Positions 39,001 to 50,500 of a stretch of 64,000 nt of DNA are shown in pieces. The DNA comes from Rhizaria sp. SCN 62-66 (taxonomy: Eukaryota): positions 1-64,000 of the forward strand of contig MEDY01000114.1 in the NCBI GenBank assembly GCA_001724265.1, read 5' to 3'. Within the stretch, counting starts at the first letter, position 1. Each line of letters opens with the position of its first letter. Made by a program: the position numbers and the translations under genes. The notes under the pieces were generated by a model. That model did not search any database, was not told where the DNA came from, and was given only the letters and a program-made list of their open reading frames with translations.

Positions 39001-42000
39001 CCGCGTGCGCTCGCTCTTGCGCACGCCGCCGGACCGGGGTCTGCCGCGCACATGGCGCTGCTCGCCGCCACTACGAACACAGCAGACGTCGGCGACGACA
39101 ACGGCGAGTTTGGGGGCGCGCGCCAGAGCTCTGACCAAAGCGAGCCTCTCAAGCGTCTTCCCCCGCTGCCGTCGTTCCGGCCTCTGACCGGCGCAGCCGG
39201 CGGCAGCAGCGCGAGCGACACGAGCGCCGCGGCGCTGCTGGGCTTCGCGAGCCCGTTCACGGGCAGCGTAGAGGCGTTCCCGGCCATCCCGCCGTGGATG
39301 TTGCTGCGCTGGGCGCCGCAGCTGCTCGGCCACCTCACCACGCCCTGCGCGCCCCTCGTGCTGCCCGCGCTGCTCTCGCTTGCGCGCGCGTACCCGCAGG
39401 CTCTGCTCGCGCCCTTCAGGGTCTCGCTTGAGCACCGCGCCACGCTCGCTGTGCCCGCACACGCGCGTGCCATTGTGCTGGGACAGACGCCGCTGCCCGC
39501 CACACCGCTGAACCCCGGCAGCAACAGCAACACGAACCTCGCCAACCGCGCAGGGTCAGGCCCATTTGGAGGCTTAACTTTAAACCCGGCCAGTCTTGCG
39601 CTGGTGCCCGGGTTTGCAGAGACGGAGGCCCTTGCGCCCCTGCTGCGGCACCCGCTCGCGGACCGCCTTGCACAGGAGCTATTAGTGCTGCAGGATCCGA
39701 CCGCGCGGCTTAAGGATGCGTGCAGCCATTTTAGCCACACCTTTGTGGCCGCGCTCAATGCGGCCACTGCGGCGGCTAACATGAACTCGAGCAGCGGTAA
39801 GCGCAGTGTCGTGAGCGTGGAGGCTGCTACAGCGGCGGCGGCGTACTGCGCGCTTCAGCCGTTTTACGCGCAGCTCTGGTCTCGCTCAATCCTTCCCCAC
39901 ACCCAGCAGCAGCCCCCGCCTGCGGCGAGCGCCGGCCCGAGCTCAAACTCCAACGCACCAGCAACCATGGCCAAGGAAATTGCAGCAGACCCCAACGCGA
40001 AGTGGAGTGTTCGCAACCGGCTCGACCTGCCGGCGCCATTTGCGCGCTTCGCACGACCACATCTTGAGGCACTGCTTGGTGATCCCGCCAGCGCTAAGTT
40101 TGCAGCGGTCTTTAAGGACAAACAATCCTTAAAGAATTGCTTGTCGGTGATGCGTGTGATTGCGCCATCCGCCTCTGGCGGTGTGCCCACTGTCACCAGC
40201 GTAAGCGACTACTCGCCGTGGCTTGCGCGGTGGCCGAATCACCTCGCGTCCTCGCTGCGCAATTACAACGCGCACACTCTCCGCAACGGCGGCAATGGCT
40301 CTGGCGCGTTCGCTCAGCCCGGTGCACACGGCCACTTTGCGTGGGGCGTGGAGGTGCCTGGCCAGTACGACCACGACCGGTGTCCGTCGCCCGCGGCGCA
40401 CCTCTTCATCACCGGTTTTAGCGCGACTGTGAGCAGCATGATGTCGATGCGCCGCCCGCGCAGGATTGGCATCTTCGTCGACACTGCGCCCACACTGAAT
40501 GCGCTCACAGCGCTTGCCACGCAACAGAGCAGCGCGACCGCCGGTGGCGGCGCTGCGAGCGCGAGCACCGCGGGCGTAAACGCGGCCGCGAGCGGCTCGA
40601 TGTTGATGTTCCTGCTTAAGGCCGGTGAAGACTTGCGGCTCGACGTGCGCGTGCAACAGGCACTGTCCACCGTCGCAGGCGTGCTCGCGGCCAACCCTGC
40701 CACGGCTGCGGTGCCGGGGCTCGCGCTCAAGACGTACGGCGTGTTCCCACTGTCGACCAAGGTCGGCCTCATCCAGTGGCTCTCCGGCACAGTTCCGCTC
40801 AAGGAGCTCGTGCTGGACCGCAAAAACCCCGCGTTCGGCAACGCATTTTACGACGCGGCGTGTCCGCTGCAGACGAAGCTCCCTCCCAAGGCCGCTCAAC
40901 AGCCACAGCAACAGCAGCCTCAACAGCAGCAGCGCGGGCAGCGCGGTGGTGCCGCGGCGCGCGCGCGGGTGGGGGGCCGCGAAGACTATGAGGATGACGA
41001 TGCTGCCGACGCTGGTGTCGGCATCGGCTTGACCACGGCGGGCGTGTTTGATATCGACAAGGCCGCTATCGATATGGGCACTCGCACGCGCGATTTGATC
41101 ATCAGGGTTCACAAGGTGATGCCCGATCTCGGCCCGAACAGGTCTTGGTTCGAAAGCGTTTTACCGCTAGCACTGACCAGCGCCAGCAACAACGCCAATA
41201 GCGGCGGTGGTAGCTCTGCATCTATTGCGAGGACGAGCAGCAAGGCTCGTCAGAAGGCCACCGCGGGCGACGACGATCACAACCATAATGACGGTGACGC
41301 TGCTGACCCGTTCACTGCAGCTGCGACAAGCGCACTTCACAGCGCCGATACAGCGATGACGGAGCTCTACGCGCTGCAGCGGCCCGATAACATGCGGCGC
41401 TGGCTAATGCAGCAGGCTGCCGACAACGCGCGCATGAGCAACACACTACTCGATACACTCTCGCTCGGAGATCCTTACAGTCCCAGTGCGAACAGCCTTA
41501 GCGTCAGCAATAGTGCCCGTGGTGGCGGGGGCGGCGGCGGCGTGGAGCAGTTTATCACGCTGCGCAGCACGCTGGGCCGGTCTTACGCGTCGCTGTCGAT
41601 CGCGAGCTACATCCTTGGTATCGGCGACCGTCACTTGGAGAACATCATGATTGACACAGCTACGGGCCAGGCAGTCGCCATCGACTTCGGCCACGCGTTC
41701 GGCAATGCGACGATCGTGCTGCCGATCCCCGAGCTCGTGCCGTTCCGCTTTACGCGCCAGACGGAGCACATGTGGGCGCCCTACGACTCGAACGCGCTGA
41801 TGCGCGGTGACATGGCACGCGTTCTCTCCGCCATGATCCGCGAAAAGGACGTGCTCATGTCCGTGCTTTCCGTCTTTGTGTCTGACCCGCATAGTGAGTG
41901 GGTTGTTGCAGCGTCCAACGTGCAAAACCAACGCTCCGCACAGGTTGACGAGGAGGGCGATACGGGAGCGAATGCCGCAGTGGCGTGGTGGCCGCGCCGC

Positions 42001-42747
42001 AGGCTCGGGCTTGCCAGGTACGTGATAAAAAATAACTAAATCTATTATATTCCTCTTCTTCTCATGACTCGAATATCGCATTGCACTTTACTTTCTCTGA
42101 ACATACCGCTTTATAAAATATTTTGCAACACACCACGATTGATATGTAACACAACCGCTCACATCCAACTCAACCGCTCTTTCTATGATTTCTCCATTTG
42201 TCCCCTCAGGGCGAAACTCGAAGGCGCTGATCCCGTGTGGATCGTGCGCCACGACATCCAAGACAGCACGCCCTGCCGCCAGTTTACGCCCCACCCCAGC
42301 TACCGTCTCCCGGCCCACGCGATCCCTGCCCTGACGCAGTCCGCCGCACAGTTCGGGCTGCTGCGCTCGGCGGGCGGCGCGGCTGCGAACGCGAACGTGG
42401 CGCTGGGCCCCGAGCTGGCGGTGCGCGGCGTCGTGCGCCTGCTCTCAGCCGCGGCGCATCCGGAGCGGCTCGGCCAGCCGGGCGCATACCTTGCCAGCAC
42501 GGGCCGCAGCGCCGCCGTCCCCGCGGGCGCCACCACGGCCGGCGCGGCCGTCGCAGGCGCGGGCCACACGGCCGGCGCGGGCGACGGAATCCGGTTCGCG
42601 GACCGTGCTGCCGCGGTGATCGACTGGGCCTTCGCGCCGCAACCACCGCGGCTGGGCGTGCGGCAGCAGATTGACGCGCTTGTCAACATGGCCAAGGACA
42701 CACAGGTGCTCGCCAGGGCCTACGCCGGGTGGGCGCCGGCGGCCTAA
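18016..42747 (+). CDS. PRKDC: DNA-dependent protein kinase catalytic subunit (PIKK), ~8,179 aa; exons 18016-42017 and 42210-42747; internal TAG at 18472 and 30193
   Basis: LLRRYRAGDVPD, VEVPGQYD, SMRRPRRI, FLLKAGEDLRLDVRVQQ, YILGIGDRHLENIMID...AIDFGHAFGNATIVLPIPELVPFRFTRQ, spliced ARAKLEGADP, FATC QQIDALVNMAKDTQVLARAYAGWAP. These are DNA-PKcs-type rather than ATM/ATR/TOR. ORFs 17908, 18580 and 30271 share one frame separated only by single TAGs; TAA stop. Confidence 0.92.
18472..18474 (+). other. In-frame TAG in PRKDC, probable sense codon (Gln)
   Basis: AAG CTG CTC TAG GCC CTG CGC (DALKLL*ALR); frame continues for ~3,900 codons. Confidence 0.75.
30193..30195 (+). other. In-frame TAG in PRKDC, probable sense codon (Gln)
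   Basis: CCC TCG AGC TAG ACC ACC GTA (PSS*TTV); no AT-rich gap or pyrimidine tract; frame continues ~3,940 codons into the kinase domain. Confidence 0.8.
42018..42209 (+). other. Spliceosomal intron (PRKDC), 192 nt
   Basis: AG|GTACGT...tcccctcAG|G, phase 2, AT-rich. Confidence 0.9.
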
Positions 42748-42957
42748 GTGAGATGGACTCAGAAGGGAGTGGTATGATATGTTTAAAGATAGTACCGTTC
42801 AATAGTACATCCGAATTTAATAATTGTAGAAAGAAATAAACAAGTTTTCTTTATTATCGTACTTTTACAAATATACTATCATACTTCAAACATTTTAACA
42901 ACTGAATTGAACATCAAAATACTAAACCCGTACATGCGCAGCGAACACACAGAGCGC

Positions 42958-43918
42958 TTACTCGCGCGCGAGCGCCTGGAGCGCAGCGCGCGCCTGCTTG
43001 AGCTCGCCCAGCAGCACGGCAAACCCCTCTGCGGAGGCCTCGAAGGCGACAGCGCGGCCGCCCTGGCTGAGCCCGCCCGCGCTCTCGCGCCAGCCCTCGA
43101 CGGGCTTGTCCGTGGTGAGCTTGACGCGCACCGAGGGCTCCTCGATCACGGCCGCCTCGGAGCTGCGCAGCGTGTAGTCCACGCGCCACTGCGTCTGCGT
43201 CACGCGCGGTAGCGCCAGCACACGCGCGCGGAAGACGGACTGCAGCTCAGGGTGCGACACGAACCACGTCTTGCACACGGCCTTGCAGATGTCCTGGGGG
43301 ATTGGTTGAGAGACACAGTAATATAGCAGATGTAGAGGAGAAAGCGTTAGATTATAGCTATGTAATAATAGTACAGCGCAATAAGTAGATAAGGCATGCC
43401 TTCGTTCGTTTATCTCCCGTGAAGATATCTCGATATTTAGTTGAATGAGGTTGTTCAGATAAGTTCAGCAACGTACCTGGGGCAGACCAAGCTGCTCGAG
43501 CTCAGCGACGAGGACCTCGGGAGCAACGCTGTGGCGCGTGGCGCTGCTGACAATAAACTGCAGCGCGGCAAGCATGGCCTTGACGTCCTGCGGCGAGAAC
43601 TGCATGCGCGCCGACGTGGTGTACATGTCAATCTTGTCGTACGCAATGCCGAGACCGAGCAGAGAAGAGATGACCTGCTTGGTGATGAGCTTCACGCGCA
43701 CAGAGGACATGCGCGACAGCACGGCAACCTCGGCCAAAAGCCAGTCGGGGCAGTCAAGCTCGCCACAGAAACGGAATTTCTGTCGCAGACGAGAGGTAAA
43801 GCGAGAGGGTGAAGAGCATGGTGAGCAAGCAGAGGTTTGAGAGGAGGGTGGTTGTAAGATCTTAGGATTGATATTACAAGAGATATCGTCGCGGATTTGT
43901 AGATATTAGTCGTACCAT
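42958..43918 (-). CDS. COMMD4: COMM domain-containing protein 4 (Commander/CCC complex), 213 aa; exons 43918-43916 (ATG only), 43779-43477, 43293-42958
   Basis: Spliced product MKFRFCGELDCPDWLLAEVAVLSRMSSVRVKL...ELEQLGLPQ...QWRVDYTLRSS...EEPSVRVKL matches the COMMD4 N-terminus and COMM domain; TAA stop. Confidence 0.95.
43294..43476 (-). other. Spliceosomal intron 2 (COMMD4), 183 nt
   Basis: CAG|GTACGT...atcccccAG|GAC, phase 0. Confidence 0.9.
43780..43915 (-). other. Spliceosomal intron 1 (COMMD4), 136 nt, directly after the start codon
   Basis: ATG|GTACGA...tctgcgacAG|AAA TTC CGT. Confidence 0.9.
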
Positions 43919-44543
43919 TGTGTGATAAAAGTGCGCTGGGCAGTAAAGGTGCGCAAGGGCAGGATGTTAAGAGTCGGAAAGACAGGGCTACGTAGACTGT
44001 TCCTGTGTGGCAGAGACTGCGACTGGAAATAAGCCGGGGGTGACCTAGACAAGCCAAATTAGTTATACAAATGTAAAGATAGTTAGTTTTTCGTCCCGCA
44101 CTATACATATTCCGCCCACAAATGAATACAATGGACTTTAGTGACCGAGCCCGATGGCACGAATCTCGCTCGACTCAAGTCCCTCTACGCCACCACACAC
44201 AGAGGAGCACCGACGAAGTAATCCTTTTAGTTCGGTTGATGGTCGCTGACTGACCTGATTCAAAATTCGAACTAAATCAAGCTCTCATTATCTCTACCCT
44301 CCGTTAATAGAAACGCTGCTCGTATGTATTAAACTTTGTGACGCTTTAGCAGTAACCTTCCTATTATATATCTCATAACGTGTATATACACTCTTCTCTA
44401 GCACTCCGAGGTCCAGGCCCCAATCAGAGCTGCAGCTGCGAATACCTTTCCTCCCACGAACGCTCTCTCGCTAGCTTCACTCTCCCATCCTTGCGCATCC
44501 CTCTGCCGAGGCATTCCCGCCTCTTCTGTAACGCTTGCTCTTT

Positions 44544-47500
44544 ATGCGTGCCCCGCCTGCCCCGGCTGCGGTGCCCCGTCGCGGCCGCTCGGCCGCCGCC
44601 GCCGCAGCGGGCGCGAACGCAAACGCGGACGCGGCTGACGCAGACCTCGACCAGCTCCCGCCCCCGTTTGGCCCCAACAACGCCGACGTCGCCGCTGATG
44701 CAGAGTATCAAGAGCAAGAGCTTGAGCAGGGCCAGGAGCAGGAGCAGGACCAAGAGCAGCCTCAGGACGAAGAGGAGGACTACGGCGACGACCCGTTCGG
44801 CCTCGGCATCGCCCCCGACAACAACAACCAGCAGCAGCAACACCAGCAACAGCAGGCTGCCAGCTAGGACGAAGACGAGGACGATGACGGTCCTGCTTAC
44901 ACCAACCCCAACGACGTGACCGACAGCGAGGACCGCGCCGCGCCACTGCCTCGCGCTCCCGCCCGCGGCCGCGCCGCGCCCCGCCCACGGGCCTCCTTCG
45001 GCGCGCTCTCGCCGGTGCCCGCGCCCGCCGTCAGCCCGCGCGGCAACCGCGACCACAGGAACCTCAGCGACCCCAACGCACCGGGGAGCGGCCTCACGCC
45101 CGCTGCCGGTGTGAGCAGTGGGATCTTCACGCCCCCCGGCGCACATGCGGCCACAGCGGGCGTCGGCGCCGCGCTGGGCGGCGTGCGGGGCTTCTCACCC
45201 TTCCCTCAGCAACAACAACAGCAACTCCAGCAGCTCCAGCAACAACACCAGCAGGCGACGGCTAGTGCTGGGCTTGGTGGCCACGGTCAGGCGGCCGCGG
45301 CGTCCGCCTCCGGCTTCGCGACCGTGAGCGCCGCCGGCGTCAGCGCTGCCGCGGGCTCCGGGCGCGAGTTCGCTGTCTACGCCTCCGACAGCCCCGCCCA
45401 CGGTCACCCTGCCCACGGTCACAGTCACTCGGCGTACGGTCGCGCGCGTGCCGGCCCCATAGGTGCCGCAGGCGTACCCGCAGGTTCTGGTGCGATGATG
45501 TTCGCGTCCCCGTCGTCGTCGGTGGCCACGTCGGTCGACCTGAGCCGCATGCAGTCGCCGCCGGAGACCCCCTTAGACGCGCCCGGCGGCTACTTACATT
45601 TCTCCCAACAACAACTGCTGCAGCAGCGACAGCTGCACGCGCCGCTGACGCAGCAGCAGCTGCTGCAGATGCAGTACACGCAGCCACGCGTTCCGGGCCT
45701 CGGCGCGCTGGGCCCTGGGCACGGCGCGCAGGGACTCGACCACAGTTTGCAGCTCAGTATGCAGCAGGCGGGGGGCAGCGAGGCCAAGGAGCACTTACAC
45801 CGGGATCTAAGCGCCTCGTTCTCGTTCGCGGCCGAGACACCGCCACACCCGCCTGCTCCCGCCCACAGCCACTTTTTACAACAACAACTGCAGCAGCAGC
45901 AACAGCAACAGCAGCAGAGGTCCGGCTCGAGTGCGAGCGCTGCAACCCCCGGCGTCAATGTCAATCTCAACTTCAGCACTGCCAGCAGCAGCAGCAGCAG
46001 CTACAGTCTGCGCAGGCAGCAGATGCCCTCCGTGTACGACGTCGTGGCCGCCGCATTCGCGCCGGTCACCTCCCCCGCCTCGTCCTCGGCCTCGGCATCA
46101 GCATCAGCTTCTGGCGCTGGCTCTGGTGCTGGGGCGGCTGCGGCGATGCAGCGTGAGGCCGAGGCTGACGCGGACGCGGCGGCCGAGGCAGCTGCTGCGG
46201 CCGCCGTGGCGCACCATAACCGCGCTCGCAGCCGCTCCTCTGCCCAAGGTCTCTTGGTCGCCCACGGTCACTCGGCTGCCCACGGTCACAGTCCCCGGCC
46301 AGTGACGCCCCCGCTCGGCACCCCGCCCACGGTCCCCGCCGCCGGGGCTGGGGCTGCTCACGGTCACTACTCGGCTCACGGTCACCCTGCCCACGGTCAC
46401 CCGGCGCGGGGCGGGCGCGGCGCCGGCGGCAGCACTCGCCGTGCAGCGAACCCCCATAACAACAGCAACAGCGATGGGTACAATGACCAGCAGCTGTTGT
46501 ACCGCCGCCCGAGCCCGCCCCTCGACAGCGCTGACCGCAACCGCGACCGCAGCCGTGGCCGTGACCGCATGCAGGGTGACCGTGGGCTGGACCGCAGCCG
46601 CAACGTGGCGATGGCGCTCGACGCGAACGACACCGCAGTGGACAGCTCGACCGGCGGCTTCGGCGGCGGCGGCTTCGGCGGTGGCGGCGGCGGGGGGCTG
46701 GGTCGGCTGTCGTTTGGTAGCGACGTGTTCAGCCACAACGGGGACGGCCGCGGCGCGCAGGCACACGGACATGAGGAGGAAGAGGAGGAGGGGGAGGGCG
46801 GCGCGTTTGCCCCCGCTCACGGTCACTCCGCCGGCGCTGCCCACGGTCCCCAGTTCGTCGCTAGATTCACCCCGTCGAGCGGGTTCGCCACTCAGGCACG
46901 CCGCCCTGGCGCCCACGGTCCCTCTGTCGCTGCCCACAGTCACGCTGCGTCGGACCTGTCGCCCGCCACGCCCCCCGCCGTCGCCGCGGCCGCTCACGGT
47001 CACTCTGCTGCTCACGGTCCTCACAGCGCCTACGGTCACGCCCACGGTCGCGGTCCGGGCGCCCACAGCCGCGGCCGGACTGCCGCGGTGCCCGCCAGCG
47101 CCGCCAGCAGCGCGGGCGGCGGCCTTAGCAACCACGGTGGCAGCGCGGCGGTGTACGACAGTCCGGCGCTGTCGCCCGTGGCGCGCCCCCGCCTCTTCAC
47201 TATGGGCAGCAGCGGGTCGTCCTCGGCGGGCTCGGCGGCGTCCCCGGCGGCGGTCACCCCGCCCGTCGCGAGCGCGGCTGCCGCCGCAGCCAACGCGCAT
47301 GACATGAGCGGCGTCAGCTTCGGCGCCGGCAGCGTGCTCGGCAGCGGCGGCTTCAGGCCGTCCCGGCTGCGGCTCTCGCTCGCCGGCGACAGCAGCTTCG
47401 TCAGCAACAACAGCAGCGGCAGCAGTCTCAACTCGAGCGGCGGCCTCAACAACAGCGGAAACACGATCGGCGTCGGCAGCGCCAGCGTCAGCGGGATGGG

Positions 47501-50500
47501 CATGGTGACGCCGTCCGCCCGCCTCGTCACTATGGGCGCGGGCGACTTCCCCCGCCTCGTTGCTATGGAGCCCGGGGACTTGCCGTCGCCCTCGCACCTC
47601 ACCGCGCGCGCCCGCCCGCGCTCACGTCAACAACAACAACCGCAACAAAGCTCTGCTGCTGCTGCTGCTGCTGCTGTTGCTGGTGTCGGCGCAGACGCTG
47701 CATCGCCCCCCTCGCCGTCGATGTCCGGCGGGGGCGTCACGCCGCGCCGCCGCCGGCCTCCCACCGCCACAAACGCCGCCACGAGCGCCGCCGCCAGTGC
47801 CGGGCCTAACGCCGGCGCCAACGCCAGCGCAAATGCACTCGTGAGTGCAAATGCGAATGCGAGCGGGCGGGGCCGGGGGCGCGCGTTCATGTTCGGCGCC
47901 GAAGACACCCCGCAGACCGCGGCTCAGCCGCGCGGCCGCGCCGGGAACGCGGCTGTGCACGTCAACGAGAGTGTGGCTGTGAACGCGCAGCGGCAGCTAA
48001 ACCTGAGCGCGGCGAGTGACGGCAGCAGCGACGGTTACAGCTTCGCCATGGCGACGCCCGTGGCCGCCGCCGCCGTTGCCAGCGCCGCGGCGCAGTCAGC
48101 GAGAGCGGCGCCGGCGACTGGAGCCGGAGCCGGTGGCGCTGCTGCGGCTGCTGCTGCTCACGGCCACTCTGCGGCGGCGTCCCCATCGTTTTCGCACGTG
48201 TTCACGCTCGACTTCGCAGACTCGGCGCCGTCGACCCCCGCGTTCGCCGCGGCCGGCGGTCACGGCGTGGCCGCTGCGGGGGCTGGAGCTGGGGCGGCGA
48301 GAGCTGCCACGACAGCTGCAGTGCCTGCGTCAGGCATCACGCCCTCGAGCAGCAGAGGCAGTGGCAGTGCAGGCGTCGGTGCCAGGGCGAGCGCAGGCAT
48401 GGTTGACTTGCCCCTGCCCACGGTGACGCCGTACCGCCCCTTCAACAGCAACAACACCACGGCCGACTTGGACACAGAGGCCGGCGCAGAGGCGGAGGCA
48501 GATGTTGCGGTTGTGGGTGATGAGGGCGACGGCGGCTTAGCTTCGGTCGTGGCGCTATGTCTGGCGACGCTCGCGGGCCACCACCCGCGCTTCGACCCGT
48601 CTAGGTACCCCCTTAGCGGCGGCGCGGACGCGGGGGCGCCCGAGTACGCGTACACGGCGCAGCAGCAGCGCGCGCACACGCTGGAGCAGCGACGCTCGCT
48701 CAAGCGACAGCTTAAGCAGCAGCTGCGCGAACAGCTTGCGCAGCAGCAGAAAGAACAACAACAGCAGCAGCAGAGTCAGAGTCAGGCTAGCAGTGAGCGC
48801 GAGCTAGAGCTGGAGCTAGAGCAGCAGGTCGAGGCTGAGCTCGCGAGCCAGTGGCCGCAGCAGCTGCAGCAGCTGCAGGAGCAGGAGCAGGACGCCGCAC
48901 ACGAGCAGCAGGAGCGACTGCAGGAGCAGGAGCAGCTGCAAAAGCTGGGGCTCGACCAGCCGGGCGAGGCCGGAGGCTGGTGGCCCTTACACGCGCTCCA
49001 GGAGCACGTAGACCAGCTCGGCTACGCCGACGACGGCGCAGATGACGCGGCTAGACTTCGGCGCGCGCACGCGGTTTCACTGCTGCACTCGGTGATCAAC
49101 AGCCCCCTCGCGCGCGCGCACCGCCGCCACCGCGGCTTCCTGCTCTCGTGGCGCGGCGAGCTCCTCGGGGCCATGGCGGCGCTGCGCGCGCACGGACTCT
49201 CCCGCGCCGCCGCCGCGCTGGCCTCGCTCGTTGCCGACTGCGAGCAGGGTATCGAGCGCTCCTTCGACTGGGTCGGGCCCGCGGACGCCGACTGCGAGCG
49301 GCAGAGTGACTGTGAGCGACAGCTGCTGCAGCAGCGATGGGCGCCCGGGGAGCTGGAGGCATGGGGCGAGAAGGAGCTCGAGGAAGAGACCAAAATCGGT
49401 ACGATTGACTGACATATGCACGACCAAAAACCCCCCTTCATCATGATGTTCAGAATGACTTTCTTGTATTTATTCTGTTTTGATGCAAAAAGTTCTCTCC
49501 CATAAGACTCTTATCTGCCTCTTATTCTCACTATATTTCTCTATGTTGCTGTCTTTTTCTCACTCTTCACAGCGGCCCGCGCCCCGCGCACGTCCCCCGC
49601 GCTGTGCGAGGCGCTGTCTCGGCTTGACTGCGAACCCCGCCGCGCGGCGTGGCTTTTGTCCTCCGCGCTCGCGCACTCGCACAGCCAAACGAACGCACAT
49701 CACGCTAACGCAAACACAAGTGTTGACAGCGCCCACAACGTGAACGGCTTCGCTGGCGGCGAGAGCGAGACGAAGGAGGAGGACTTGGAGGGCGACTCGC
49801 TGGCGGCCTTACTTCGAAGCATCGAGGTGACCGTGGTCGAGGACGAGTCCCTTGCCGAGTCGTCACCGGCCGCGTCTAACAGCGGCGCCGGCAGCAAGTC
49901 GGGCTCACGTGGACTGAAGCGCGGCCGCAACAGCAACGGCAAGGGCAGCAGCAGCGCGAAGGCGAGCACGAGCGGCAGCGGCAGCGGTAGTCCTCTGTAC
50001 GCCTCGCAGTCGCCCTACTCGGACGCCGACGCAGAGCCCGCTGGCGCTCTGACTAGGGACGCCACTGAGGCTGAAACTGAGACTGTGGCTGAGACTGCCG
50101 AGCAGCGTGAGCAGCGTGACACGGAGGCGTTCGTGCTGCTGTTCGCGCAGTTCATGTGCGGCGAGGCCGCGCGGACCAAGGGCGTGCTCACGCAGCTGTC
50201 GCAGAGGGGCGCCGAGGTCCGTACACGATCGATATCCGATATCAACAAACATATTTACCGTCGCTCTGCACGATGACGATTTGAAACCTAAATCTTGATT
50301 ATCGTCGCTGATTTCTTGCTTGTTCTCACCTTTTACATGTTTCTCTTATTCCTATCTTGTTCACTCCCCCTCAGCCGTGGAACCCTGAGTTGCCTAGCCT
50401 GACCCACCGCCTGTGCCTCCTCACCCGCACGTCCCCTTCCGCCCTCACTGAGGACGCCCACTCCAGAGACAGCGGCCTTGACCGTAGCAACAACAGCGGC

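Noticed and set aside
18016-42039. Three separate genes (ORFs 17908-18474, 18580-30195, 30271-42039)
   Set aside because: Same frame, separated only by single TAGs, with no AT-rich intergenic DNA; the downstream ORFs begin at GTG.
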